Positions 1 to 9,529 of a stretch of 53,080 nucleotides of DNA are shown in pieces. How positions within the stretch are numbered: position 1 is the first letter of the stretch; each line of letters starts with the position of its first letter. The notes below the pieces were generated by a model, which saw only the letters and a program-made list of their open reading frames with translations, was not told the DNA's origin and did not search any database. A program made the translations under genes and the position numbers. The DNA comes from an uncultured Sphingomonadaceae bacterium (lineage in GTDB: Bacteria; Pseudomonadota; Alphaproteobacteria; Sphingomonadales; Sphingomonadaceae): NCBI GenBank assembly GCA_964246245.1, contig CAXTQJ010000003.1, forward strand, positions 1 through 53,080. The letters are read 5' to 3'.

Positions 1-10
1 CAACGTCGAG

Positions 11-790
11 GTGATCCTCGGCGACGTCGAGTCGGTCGACGTCGCGGGCAAGGCGCTGGTCACGTTCGACCGACCGCCGGTCAATGCCATCTCGGTCGAG
101 GTCTATGCCAGCCTAGGGCAGCTCGTCGACTATATCGAGGATAGCACCGACGTCCGCGTAGTCGTGCTGCGTGCGCCGCCCGGCGCGCGCGCCTGGTGCG
201 GCGGCGCGGACCTCAACGACTTCGTCGGCATGACACCCGAGCGTCGGCAGGAACGGTACGACTTCATCAACGCGCAACTGCCGCGCTTCTATCAGCTCGA
301 CCGGCCGGTGATCGCCGCCATCGAGGGCGCAGCGGTTGGAGTCGGCATGATCTTCGCGGCGTTGTGCGACATGCGCGTCGCTGCGAACGACGCGAAGTCT
401 GCCTGCCCGGAGATCGACTATGGTCTCGTCGCCGGCGGCGGCGGGCTGTTCGCGCACGTCAACATGCCGCTCGCGAAAGTGCGCGAGATGGCGTTCACCG
501 GCGAAGCGTTCACGGCGCGCGACCTCGAGCCCACCGGCTTCTTCAACTATGTCCTGGCGCGCGATCAGGTCATGCCGCGCGCCATGGAGCTCGCGCGCAA
601 GATCGCGGGGAAAAGCCTGCCGGCGATTCGCGCGCGCAAGCTGATGGGCGCAAGCCTTGCGACGCGCGGCTGGATGGACGTCTATCTCGACGCCCAGTCC
701 CGCTCGGGCGCGCTGGTCGCGGGGGAGGACGCCGAAGAGGGGGTGCGCGCATTCCTCGATGGCCGTCCTGCCGAGTACAAGGACGTCTGA
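11..790 (+). CDS. Enoyl-CoA hydratase/isomerase (crotonase superfamily) protein
   Basis: DRPPVNA, WCGGADL, PVIAAIEGAAVGVG, LCDMRVA, PEIDYGL, DAEEGVRAFLDGRPA motifs; frame is open to the window edge, so the true start may be upstream. Confidence 0.9.
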   Translation: MILGDVESVDVAGKALVTFDRPPVNAISVEVYASLGQLVDYIEDSTDVRVVVLRAPPGARAWCGGADLNDFVGMTPERRQERYDFINAQLPRFYQLDRPVIAAIEGAAVGVGMIFAALCDMRVAANDAKSACPEIDYGLVAGGGGLFAHVNMPLAKVREMAFTGEAFTARDLEPTGFFNYVLARDQVMPRAMELARKIAGKSLPAIRARKLMGASLATRGWMDVYLDAQSRSGALVAGEDAEEGVRAFLDGRPAEYKDV

Positions 791-820
791 CCGACACCAG
801 CCGAACCGGCTCAGCCGCTG

Positions 821-1570
821 CTATAGCGCGGTCAGTCCCCCATCGATGATGTGCTCGGTCCCCGTCACGAACCCGCTCTCGTCCGACGCGAGGAACACGA
901 CCAGGTTCGACACGTCCTCGACCTCGCCGACGCGCTTGATCGGGACCGAGGCGCTGGCGATCTTGATCTGCTCGTCGTCGAGCGCTGCGGTCATCATCGG
1001 CGTGCGGATGTAGCCCGGGTGCACCGAGTTGGCACGGATGTTGTTGCCGCCGTACTCGATCGCGACCTGCTTGGTCAGGCCGCGGATGCCGAACTTCGAC
1101 GCGGCATAGGCGACGTTGGGCGTGCCGTAGATGGCGACGATGCCCGAGATCGACGAGATGTTGACGATCGAGCCGCCGCCCGCCCGGATCATCGACGGAA
1201 TGACGTGCTTGGTGCCGAGGAAGGCGGCGGTGAGGTTGACCGTCAGCACGCGGGCGAAGTCCGCCTCGCCCAGGTCGGCGGCGCGCGCGCCCGGCCCGAG
1301 GATGCCGGCGTTGTTGACCAGCACGGTGACGGGGCCGAAGCGCGCCTCTGCCGCGGCGACGACCTCGCGCCAGCCGTCCTCGCTGGCCACGTCGTGCTTC
1401 ATGAAGTGCGCCGACTCGCCGAGCTCTCCCGCCAGCGCCGTCCCTTCGGCGGCGTTGATGTCGGTGAACACGACCTTCGCGCCTTCGGCGACGAAGCGAC
1501 GGACGTGCGCGGCACCCATCCCTTGTCCCGCGCCGGTGACGATCGCGACCTTCGCTGCCAAGCGTGCCAT
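821..1570 (-). CDS. Short-chain dehydrogenase/reductase (3alpha,20beta-HSD/FabG-like)
   Basis: TGAGQGMG Rossmann motif, LVNNAG, NISS, YAASK, NSVHPG, IIDGG. Confidence 0.95.
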   Translation of the reverse strand: MARLAAKVAIVTGAGQGMGAAHVRRFVAEGAKVVFTDINAAEGTALAGELGESAHFMKHDVASEDGWREVVAAAEARFGPVTVLVNNAGILGPGARAADLGEADFARVLTVNLTAAFLGTKHVIPSMIRAGGGSIVNISSISGIVAIYGTPNVAYAASKFGIRGLTKQVAIEYGGNNIRANSVHPGYIRTPMMTAALDDEQIKIASASVPIKRVGEVEDVSNLVVFLASDESGFVTGTEHIIDGGLTAL

Positions 1571-1654
1571 TGCGTGTCCCCATGCTGATCGTCTTTCGGC
1601 TACTGTGTAGCGCGTGGCGCGGCTTGTGAAGAGCGGACGCGCCGGTCTGCCGGC

Positions 1655-1670
1655 AAAATCCGACGATTTT
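1655..1670. promoter_or_regulatory. Inverted repeat, candidate TetR operator between divergent SDR and P450
   Basis: AAAATC-CGAC-GATTTT perfect palindrome in an AT-rich patch of the divergent intergenic region. Confidence 0.4.
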
Positions 1671-1743
1671 TCTTTTATGGGCGGCGGCTTCGGCCTATTC
1701 TACCACCGTCCCGCGCGCCTGCCGCGGCCCCGTGAGGTGACCC

Positions 1744-2976
1744 ATGGAAGTCAACGTCCTCGACCCCGCCGACCACGTCGCCGCCCGCCCGGCCAACGTC
1801 CCCGACGAGCGGGTCCACGACTTCGACCTCTACCGCCCGCTGCCCGAGGGCACCGACTTCCACCGCAGCTGGCGCGACATGATGGACGCCTCGCCCTTCC
1901 CGCTGATGTGGACGCCGCACAACGGGGGCCACTGGACGGTGCTGCGCGGTGACCTGGTCGACACGGTGCTGTCGGATTCTGACCGCTTTTCGAGCAACAC
2001 CGTGCTGGTGCCGAAGGACACGGCGGGGGAGGCGTACCGGCTGATCCCGCTGTCGCTCGACCCGCCCGAGCACCGGCCGTTCCGCAACCTTTTGAACGAC
2101 AACCTGTCGCCCAAGGCGCTGAAGGGCATCGACGGGAAGATCACGGCGCTGACCGTCGAGCTGATCGAGGGCTTCCGCGCCAAGGGCCGGTGCAACTTCA
2201 TCCACGAGTTCGCCGAGCAGCTGCCGGTCCGTATTTTCATCGACATCGTCGACCTGCCCGTCGCCGACCTGCCCAAGCTGAAGCACCTCGCCGACCAGTT
2301 CACCCGTCCCGACGGCTCGTTGACCTACCCCGAAGTGTCGCAACTGTTCCGCGAGTACATCGGCCCGGTGATTGCCGCCCGGCGCGGCGGCAGCGGCGAG
2401 GACATGATCACCAACATGGTCAACGGCCAGGTCAACGGTCGCGACCTGACCGACCTCGAGGCGGCGAACATCTGCATACAGGTGCTCGTCGGCGGGCTCG
2501 ACACGGTGGTCAACTTCCTCGGCTTCGTCATGCTGTTCCTCGCACAGAACGCGACACTGCGGCAGGCGCTGGTCGACGACCCCGCCAAGATCGACGATGC
2601 CCTGCTCGAGTTCTTGCGGCGCTTTCCGCTCGTCGCCTCGGGACGCGAGGTCAAGGCCGACTGCGAGTTCGAGGGCGTACGGCTGAAGGCGGGCGACATG
2701 GTGCTGGCGCCGACCATCGCCAATGCGCTCGACGACGCGGTCAACGCCGACCCCTTCGACTTTCGTCTCGGCCGACCGGCGCGGCGACACTCAACCTTCG
2801 GCAAGGGCTCGCACACCTGTCCCGGCGCGCATTTGGCGCGGATGGAAACCAAGATCGTCATCCGCGAGTGGCTGGCGCGCATCCCCGAGTTCCGCGTCGC
2901 CGCGGAGATCCCGGTCAGCTTCGGCGGGGGGGTCGTCGGCACGGTCCACCCCTATGTGCTGGAGTGGACGGTATAG
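1744..2976 (+). CDS. Cytochrome P450, CYP101 family (CYP101J-like, 1,8-cineole/camphor-type hydroxylase)
   Basis: WTPHNGGHW, GEAYRLIPLSLDPPEH, I-helix VGGLDTVVNFL as in P450cam, ExxR (EFLR), heme motif FGKGSHTCPG; strongly resembles my recollection of Sphingobium CYP101J2. Confidence 0.92.
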   Translation: MEVNVLDPADHVAARPANVPDERVHDFDLYRPLPEGTDFHRSWRDMMDASPFPLMWTPHNGGHWTVLRGDLVDTVLSDSDRFSSNTVLVPKDTAGEAYRLIPLSLDPPEHRPFRNLLNDNLSPKALKGIDGKITALTVELIEGFRAKGRCNFIHEFAEQLPVRIFIDIVDLPVADLPKLKHLADQFTRPDGSLTYPEVSQLFREYIGPVIAARRGGSGEDMITNMVNGQVNGRDLTDLEAANICIQVLVGGLDTVVNFLGFVMLFLAQNATLRQALVDDPAKIDDALLEFLRRFPLVASGREVKADCEFEGVRLKAGDMVLAPTIANALDDAVNADPFDFRLGRPARRHSTFGKGSHTCPGAHLARMETKIVIREWLARIPEFRVAAEIPVSFGGGVVGTVHPYVLEWTV

Positions 2977-2994
2977 CGGCTTCGGTCTGGATGC

Positions 2995-3738
2995 CTACCG
3001 GCTGCGCCGCCGCTTCGGTGCCGGCCGCGCGTCCTCATTGCGGATCATCGCCAGCGTCCGGCTGACGATATCCTGGCCGGCCTTGGTCAGGTTCTTCGGC
3101 CGGCGGTAGAGCAGCCAGGTGATGATCAGCTGGTTGAGGCCGCCTATCAGGATCGCCGCCGTCTCGTAGGGGTCATGCGCCGCCGACCACTCGCCGTCGG
3201 CTGCGCCCTGGCGGACGAGAAAGATCAGCACGCGCGAGAAGTCGTCGACGCTGTGGCGCACCTCGGTCTCACGGACGAAGACGCTTGGCCAGATTTCGAG
3301 ATACAGGAGCCGCGCCCAGTCGGCGTGTTCGCGGGCGTAGTCGGCCGACATCGACAGGTAGAGCTCGATGCGGTCGGCGGCGCCTGGCGTATTGGCGACG
3401 GCGTCGCGATACTCGGCGAAGAAGGCCGTCAGGTAGGCGGACGGCACCTCGTAGGCGAGGTCTTCCTTGCTCTTGTAATATTCGTACAGCGTGGAGGTCG
3501 ATATGCCCGCCTCGGCGGCGATGTCGGCGATGCGCGAGCGCGAGATGCCATCGCGGGCGAAGACGCGGAGCGCGGCGTTCAGGATTTGCTGCTCGGTGCG
3601 CTTGCTGCGATCCTGCTTGCGGTCGCCGCCGCGCCGCGGGCGGGAGACGATAAGGTCGAGCAGCTGCGCCCAGGGGTCGAGCGGAGCGGGCACGACCTCC
3701 CCGTCATCGTCCGCATCGCTCGCCGCCGCCATCGTCAT
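2995..3738 (-). CDS. TetR/AcrR family transcriptional regulator
   Basis: ILNAALRVFARDG...IADIAAEAGISTSTLYEYYKSKEDL HTH; start trimmed to ATG 3738 (ORF track starts at 3861). Confidence 0.93.
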   Translation of the reverse strand: MTMAAASDADDDGEVVPAPLDPWAQLLDLIVSRPRRGGDRKQDRSKRTEQQILNAALRVFARDGISRSRIADIAAEAGISTSTLYEYYKSKEDLAYEVPSAYLTAFFAEYRDAVANTPGAADRIELYLSMSADYAREHADWARLLYLEIWPSVFVRETEVRHSVDDFSRVLIFLVRQGAADGEWSAAHDPYETAAILIGGLNQLIITWLLYRRPKNLTKAGQDIVSRTLAMIRNEDARPAPKRRRSR

Positions 3739-3916
3739 CGCGTCATCACCCTCCTGCCGCCCCAAGGCTGATTCCAGTAGGACAATGTTCGACCAACCGT
3801 CGGTACGCCTGTCAAGGGAGGCAGGCCCGCAGACGCCCGCCTCTGTCCAACGACAAAGCAACCTTCGCCGATCGGGCGGAATGCGGAGATATTCCGATGA
3901 AACGTCGAGTTTTACC

Positions 3917-3946
3917 TTGACCGCTGCGTGGCATCGACGCTACTCT
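3917..3946 (+). promoter_or_regulatory. Putative sigma70 promoter of the SnoaL-monooxygenase-SDR-TBDR operon
   Basis: TTGACC-N18-TACTCT upstream of the operon, divergent from TetR. Confidence 0.4.
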
Positions 3947-4076
3947 AGTCGTGTCTCCTGGCAAGGTCCCGCAAACGAGCGGGCCTCATGGCGACGCGGG
4001 GAGTGTCGGCCATGGACGGCATTACGGCGACAGGACGATCTGCAGGCACCGCTGCCGCCCGGACCGGCGCGCGCTG

Positions 4077-4454
4077 ATGGCCGACGCCGCCGCCTGCGCC
4101 GAGCGCCTGATCGCGGCCTACAACGCCAAGGACTTCGACGCGCTGGCCGGCATGATAGCGCCCGACCTCGACTTCGCTCACTACAACCGCGACTTCGCCC
4201 TCGACAGCCGCGACGCGTTGATGGGCGTCCTGCGCCAGTTCGCCGCCGACTTCATCCCCGATCGCCGGTTCGAGCCGGCCGAGCGCGTCACCGTCGCCCG
4301 GGACATCGTCGTCCGCGAGGCCTGGTACGCGGGGACGCCGGCCGTCGACCTGCCGGGCTTCGGCGCCGCCGGCGAACCGTTCCGGCTAAAATTCTGCAGC
4401 GTAATGCGCTTCGACGCGGACGGCCTAATGATCGAGTGGAAGGACCACGGCTGA
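4077..4454 (+). CDS. SnoaL-like / NTF2-fold protein (ester cyclase-like)
   Basis: LIAAYNAKDFDALAGMIAPD, GEPFRLKFCSVMRFDADGLMIEWKDH pattern; start set at ATG 4077. Confidence 0.8.
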   Translation: MADAAACAERLIAAYNAKDFDALAGMIAPDLDFAHYNRDFALDSRDALMGVLRQFAADFIPDRRFEPAERVTVARDIVVREAWYAGTPAVDLPGFGAAGEPFRLKFCSVMRFDADGLMIEWKDHG

Positions 4455-4480
4455 GCGGCCGCTGAGGTGAGGATCGACGC

Positions 4481-5569
4481 ATGAAGATCGGAATGTTCCA
4501 GACGCCGTTCGTCCGCCCGGAGCGGACACCGAAGCAGGTATTCACTTGGGCCGTCCGTCAAGCGGTCCACGCCGACCGCATCGGCTTCAGCGAATATTGG
4601 GTCGGCGAGCACGGCACGCTCGACTGGGAAGCGATCCCCAGTCCGGAGCTGGTGATTGCGGCTGCCGCGGCACAGACCGAGCAGATCAAGTTCGGCCCTC
4701 TCGCCCATCTGCTGCCCTACCACCACCCGGCAACCCTTGCGGTGCAGACCGCGTGGCTCAGCCAGGTGCTAGAGGGGCGTTACATGCTCGGCGTGGCGAC
4801 CGGCGCCTATCCGACCGACGCGGCGCTCCGCGGCATTACCGACATGAGCAAGAACCACGCGATGATGCTCGAGGCGATCGACATCATGCAGAAGGTCTGG
4901 GCCGGCGAGCCATTCACTCATGAGGGTCAGTTCTGGGACGCCGGCTTCCCGGTCGCCGACCCCAAGAAGCCGCTGCGCGACCTCAAGCCGTGGGGCGGGT
5001 CGATGCAGATGGCGATGACGGGCCTCAGCGCGCCCTCGCCGTCGATCGGCTTCGCCGGCGCGCACGGCTTCATCCCGGCGTCGGTCTATGCTGGCAACGA
5101 CTTCCTGCGCAGCCACTTCGACACCTACAAGAAGGCGATGAGCGATGCCGGCCGGACGTCGGACCGCTCGGTGCACCGCGTCGTCCGCGACGTCATCGTT
5201 GCCGATACGGACGAGGCGGCGCGCAAGCTCGCCGTCGAAGGCGGCATTGGCCATGCCTGGGCTAAGTACATCAAGCCGACCTACGAGCGGTTCGGCGTCC
5301 TCAAGGGGCTGCTCCACGCCCCGTCCGTAGATCCGGCCGACGTCGATGCCGACTATCTGGCCGAGCACGTCTGGATCGTCGGTTCGCCGGACACGGTCGC
5401 GCGCAAGATGGGCGCCTGGTTCGACGACCTCGGCGGTCCATTCGGCACGCTGCTGATCTACAGCCACGACTATATCGACGCCCCCGAGGCGTGGGAGCAC
5501 TCGATGGACCTGCTGGTCAACGAGGTCGCGCCGCGCTTCTGGACGGTTCCTCAGGCGCAAGCTGCCTGA
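4481..5569 (+). CDS. Luciferase-like FMN-dependent monooxygenase, 2,5-diketocamphane 1,2-monooxygenase-like (type II Baeyer-Villiger)
   Basis: GEHGTLDWEAIPSPE, AHLLPYHHPATLA, WLSQVLEGRY, VADTDEAA, LAEHVWIVGSP, SHDYIDAPE match recalled Pseudomonas 2,5-DKCMO blocks. Confidence 0.88.
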   Translation: MKIGMFQTPFVRPERTPKQVFTWAVRQAVHADRIGFSEYWVGEHGTLDWEAIPSPELVIAAAAAQTEQIKFGPLAHLLPYHHPATLAVQTAWLSQVLEGRYMLGVATGAYPTDAALRGITDMSKNHAMMLEAIDIMQKVWAGEPFTHEGQFWDAGFPVADPKKPLRDLKPWGGSMQMAMTGLSAPSPSIGFAGAHGFIPASVYAGNDFLRSHFDTYKKAMSDAGRTSDRSVHRVVRDVIVADTDEAARKLAVEGGIGHAWAKYIKPTYERFGVLKGLLHAPSVDPADVDADYLAEHVWIVGSPDTVARKMGAWFDDLGGPFGTLLIYSHDYIDAPEAWEHSMDLLVNEVAPRFWTVPQAQAA

Positions 5570-5573
5570 CGAC

Positions 5574-6320
5574 GTGGGACGCCTGTCGGGCAAGGTCGCG
5601 GTCATCACCGGCGGAGCCCAGGGCATGGGTGCGGCCCATGCACGGGCGTTCGTCCGTGAGGGTGCCAAGGTCGTGGTCAGCGACATCAATGCGGCGGGGG
5701 GACAAGTGGTCGCTAACGAGCTGGGCGATGTAGCGATCTTCGTCGAGCACGATGTCGCGGATGCTCGCGGCTGGGACCGGACGGTTGCTGCGGCGAACGC
5801 CCGTTTCGGGCCGGTCACGGTTCTGGTCAACAATGCCGGTGTCATCGGCCCGGTGCGGCGGCTGCTCGACTTCAGCGAAGCCGACTTCCTGTCGGTTTGC
5901 GCGGTCAACCAGCTCGGCGTCTTTCTCGGCATGAAGGCGGTCCTGCCCGGGATGATCGCGGCCAGGGGCGGCGCGATCGTCAACATCTCGTCTATCGCCG
6001 GCATGCTGGGGACCAAGGAATCGTCGAACGCAGCCTATTGCGCGAGCAAATGGGCGGTGCGCGGGATGAGTAAGTTGATCGCCGCGCAACATGGCCGTGA
6101 TGGCATCCGCGTCAACTCGGTCCACCCCGGCTACGTGCTGACCCCGATGATGGTCGCCGCGACCGATGAGAATGGCGGCGGCGCGGCGGCGGCGATCCCG
6201 CTTGGCCGCATGGCGCGACCCGATGAGGTCGCGAACCTAGTCGTTTTTCTCGCCTCCGACGAAGCGTCCTTCGTTTCGGGGGCGGAGCATGTGGTCGACG
6301 GCGGGATGATCGCCGGTTGA
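5574..6320 (+). CDS. Short-chain dehydrogenase/reductase, paralog of 821..1570
   Basis: TGGAQGMG, RFGPVTVLVNNAG, YCASK, NSVHPG; GTG start. Confidence 0.95.
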   Translation: MGRLSGKVAVITGGAQGMGAAHARAFVREGAKVVVSDINAAGGQVVANELGDVAIFVEHDVADARGWDRTVAAANARFGPVTVLVNNAGVIGPVRRLLDFSEADFLSVCAVNQLGVFLGMKAVLPGMIAARGGAIVNISSIAGMLGTKESSNAAYCASKWAVRGMSKLIAAQHGRDGIRVNSVHPGYVLTPMMVAATDENGGGAAAAIPLGRMARPDEVANLVVFLASDEASFVSGAEHVVDGGMIAG

Positions 6321-6368
6321 AAGCGCAAGAACTGAACCCCGATCAACGGGGACAGTGGTCAAGGGAGG

Positions 6369-8993
6369 ATGACAGTCATGACACGACATCTTTTGTTCGT
6401 ATGTGCATCGGTGCTTCCGCTGATTGCGATCGGCTCGCCCGCAGCGGGGCAGACAGAGCCTGCCGGCGCGCCGCCGGTGTCGCCTCCGACAAGCAATGCG
6501 GCGAGGGCGGCGACGCAGGCTCCGGTCACGACCGAGGCGACATCGGGACGGCCGGACCAGGTCGGCGAGATCATCGTCACCGCGACGAAACGCAGCGAAT
6601 CGATCAATCGGGTCGGATTGACCATCACCGCGGCCGACGCCGCGACCTTGGCCAACCGCGGCATTTCGGGTGCGGCCGACCTGGCCAAACTGGTGCCCGG
6701 GTTCACCTTCACCGAATCACTTTATTCCACGCCGGTCTTCACCCTTCGCGGCATCGGGCTGTATGATGCGACGTTCGGCGCGGCGCCCTCGGTCTCGATT
6801 TATACCGACCAGATCCCGCGCAATGTGCCGGTCATGAGCCAAGCGCTCGACCTCGACCTCGATCGCATCGAGGTGCTAAAGGGCCCGCAAGGCACCCTGT
6901 TCGGTCAGAGTTCGACGGGCGGCGCGATCAACTACATCCTCGCCAAGCCGACGTCGACGCTGCACTACGGTTTCGACCTGTCATACGAGCGATTCGACCG
7001 GGTCCAGGGCTCGGCCTTCGTCAGCGGCCCGCTGACCGATACGCTCAACGCCCGCGTCGCCTTCCGCGCGACCGAGGGGGGAGATTACCAGTACAGCATC
7101 TCCCGCCCGCGCGACACCAACGGCGCGACGCGCAAGATCGAGGGCCGCATCACGCTCGACTGGCAGCCGATCGACAAGCTGAAGATCGAGCTGATCGGCA
7201 CCGGCGTCCGTGACCGGTCGGACGTCCAGGCGCCGCAGTACCAAGGGACGCTGCTCGACATCTACAGCGCGTCGGCCCTGGCGGCGGCCAATGCCAATCC
7301 GGCGACGCGCAACCCATACGGCATCGTCAACAACGCCCTGTACGCGGGGATCACGACGCCGGGCTCACCGAACTACGACGCGTCGTTCCTCGGCCGCCAG
7401 GCGACCGTCGTCGGCCGGCTGAACGGCGGCGATCCCCGCTTCGCCCCCGGCGCGCAGGCGCTGCTCGGCACGCCGGTCGCGTCGGACAGCAACCGCGCCG
7501 CCGAATGGACCAACGGGCTACTGCAGCCGTCGAACAACTCCTATTTCCAGTTCGCCGGCCGGGCCGACTATACCCTTTCCGACACGCTCACTGTGACGTC
7601 GATCACCGCCTATGCCCAGCAACACCTCGACTATTTTCAGGACCTGGATGCGACGACGGCGCAGGGTGTCGACGTGCCAATCTTCGGCACGGTCAAGACC
7701 TTCAATCAGGAACTTCGCCTTGCCGGAGAGACCAGTCGCTTCAACTGGATCGTCGGGGGCACCTACGACGACGTGCGCTCGACCCAGACCAACTTCTTCG
7801 AGTTGGGCGACTATTCCGGCAACGCACCGCTCGGCCCGACTGGGCCGATCATCGGCGTGACCCGCAACGACTTCTCGTCGCGGATGCGGAGTTACGCCGG
7901 GTTCGCCAACGGCGAGTTCAAGGTGACGCCGCGGCTCACGGTGCTGGGCGGCATTCGCTATACCGAGAACGACCAGAGCGCGTCCTATTGCTACAACGAT
8001 CCCAACGGCACCGGTCCGGACACCGTCTTCTCGATCTTCGAGGGGCTGTTCGGCAACCCCGGTCTGCCGCCGCTGACGGCGGGCCAATGCTTCCCGCTGG
8101 GCGACGGCAAACAGGGCACGACGTTCGGCAAGTCGACGCGGACGCCGATCGACCGCGAGCTCGACGAGCACAACTTCTCGTTCCGCGCAGGGGCGAATTA
8201 CAAGTTCGACCAGGGCACCTTGCTCTACGCGACGATCAGCCAAGGCTACAAGGCGGGCATCTTCTCCGCCATCGGCGCGTCGACGACGTCGCAATACGCC
8301 TCGGCGACCCAGGAGAAGGTGATCGCCTACGAAGCCGGCATCAAGGCCCCGCTCGCCGATCACCATGTCCAGTTCAACGGCGCCGGCTTCTACTACGATT
8401 ATACCAACAAGCAGGTCCGCGGGCGCGTCGCCGATCCGATCTTCGGCTTGCTCGAGAAGCTGATCAACGTCCCCAAGTCGTACGTCTGGGGGCTCGAGGG
8501 CGAAGTCGTCGTCCGTCCGACCGAGGGGCTCACCGCGACGGCGAGCGGCACTTATCTCAAATCGAAGGTGTCGGGCGACTTTTCGACGACACCGGACGGC
8601 TCTGCGGTCTACAACGCCGCAGGATACACGGGCAATTTCCGCGGGTCGCCACTTCCCTACACGCCCGAGTTCAGCGCCAACGCCGACGTGCAGTACCAAT
8701 GGACGATCGGGCATGAGCTGAAGCCTTTCCTCGGCGGCACTCTGCTCTACCAAGGTACGGAAAACGCGACGTTCCAGAATGCCGCGCTTCCGGCCGGCGA
8801 CTTCCGTATTCCCGGCTACGTCACGCTCGACCTTCGCGCGGGCATCGAAGGCGAGCGGTGGAAGCTGTCGGCGTTCGGTCGCAATGTGACCGACCGCAAC
8901 TATACGACGGCTATCACGACCTATCTCGACACGCGTTTCCGCTTCACCGGACGACCGGCGACCTACGGCGTCTCATTCTCGTATCGTTATTAG
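6369..8993 (+). CDS. TonB-dependent receptor
   Basis: Signal peptide, EIIVTATKRSE TonB box/plug start, RIEVLKGPQGTLFG, C-terminal PATYGVSFSYRY. Confidence 0.96.
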   Translation: MTVMTRHLLFVCASVLPLIAIGSPAAGQTEPAGAPPVSPPTSNAARAATQAPVTTEATSGRPDQVGEIIVTATKRSESINRVGLTITAADAATLANRGISGAADLAKLVPGFTFTESLYSTPVFTLRGIGLYDATFGAAPSVSIYTDQIPRNVPVMSQALDLDLDRIEVLKGPQGTLFGQSSTGGAINYILAKPTSTLHYGFDLSYERFDRVQGSAFVSGPLTDTLNARVAFRATEGGDYQYSISRPRDTNGATRKIEGRITLDWQPIDKLKIELIGTGVRDRSDVQAPQYQGTLLDIYSASALAAANANPATRNPYGIVNNALYAGITTPGSPNYDASFLGRQATVVGRLNGGDPRFAPGAQALLGTPVASDSNRAAEWTNGLLQPSNNSYFQFAGRADYTLSDTLTVTSITAYAQQHLDYFQDLDATTAQGVDVPIFGTVKTFNQELRLAGETSRFNWIVGGTYDDVRSTQTNFFELGDYSGNAPLGPTGPIIGVTRNDFSSRMRSYAGFANGEFKVTPRLTVLGGIRYTENDQSASYCYNDPNGTGPDTVFSIFEGLFGNPGLPPLTAGQCFPLGDGKQGTTFGKSTRTPIDRELDEHNFSFRAGANYKFDQGTLLYATISQGYKAGIFSAIGASTTSQYASATQEKVIAYEAGIKAPLADHHVQFNGAGFYYDYTNKQVRGRVADPIFGLLEKLINVPKSYVWGLEGEVVVRPTEGLTATASGTYLKSKVSGDFSTTPDGSAVYNAAGYTGNFRGSPLPYTPEFSANADVQYQWTIGHELKPFLGGTLLYQGTENATFQNAALPAGDFRIPGYVTLDLRAGIEGERWKLSAFGRNVTDRNYTTAITTYLDTRFRFTGRPATYGVSFSYRY

Positions 8994-9002
8994 CCTTGCG
9001 AC

Positions 9003-9030
9003 GAGCGCAGCGGCCCCTGCCGCTGCGCTC
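9003..9030 (+). terminator. GC-rich hairpin after the TBDR (terminator or mRNA stabiliser)
   Basis: GAGCGCAGCGGC-CCCT-GCCGCTGCGCTC perfect 12-bp stem, weak U-tract (TGTCTGT). Confidence 0.5.
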
Positions 9031-9046
9031 TGTCTGTCGGACCGCC

Positions 9047-9529
9047 ATGACCGATCCTGTCGTATCCCCGCAGATGGAGGCGCTGATCGCCGACTTCGCG
9101 CGGTCGGGCTTGCGCGAATTGCATATCCGCTGCGCCGGGTTCGAGCTCTATCTGTCGGCCGATGCGGGCCAGGCGCTGGCGTCAGCCGCAAGCCGTGCGC
9201 CGCGGCGAGCGGCGGCACTGCCTGCGGCGGTTCCGATCCGCGCTGCCACGACACCGGCAGTGCCCGAAGTCGCCCCGCTGCCGCCCGGCGCAACAATCGT
9301 TGCCGCCCCCAATTTGGGCACCTTCTACCGGGCGCCGAAACCGGGTGCAGCGAACTATGTGGAGATTGGCTCGACCGTGGCTGAAGGCGATGAGCTGTGC
9401 CTGATCGAAGTGATGAAGTTGTTTACCGCCGTCCGCGCGCCCACCGGCGGAGTGATTTACGCCGTGCTCGCGACCGACGGCGCGATGGTCAGCGCCGGCC
9501 AGCCCCTCTTTGCGATCGTCGCCGGCTGA
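9047..9529 (+). CDS. accB: Biotin carboxyl carrier protein (AccB-like)
   Basis: APNLGTFYRAPKPG, biotinylation motif IEVMKLF, Ala/Pro-rich linker; start ATG 9047. Confidence 0.88.
   Translation: MTDPVVSPQMEALIADFARSGLRELHIRCAGFELYLSADAGQALASAASRAPRRAAALPAAVPIRAATTPAVPEVAPLPPGATIVAAPNLGTFYRAPKPGAANYVEIGSTVAEGDELCLIEVMKLFTAVRAPTGGVIYAVLATDGAMVSAGQPLFAIVAG

Noticed and set aside
7505-8753. Long (>400 aa) overlapping ORFs within the TBDR and other genes
   Set aside because: Stop-poor shadow frames expected in high-GC DNA; Arg/Pro-rich with no motifs
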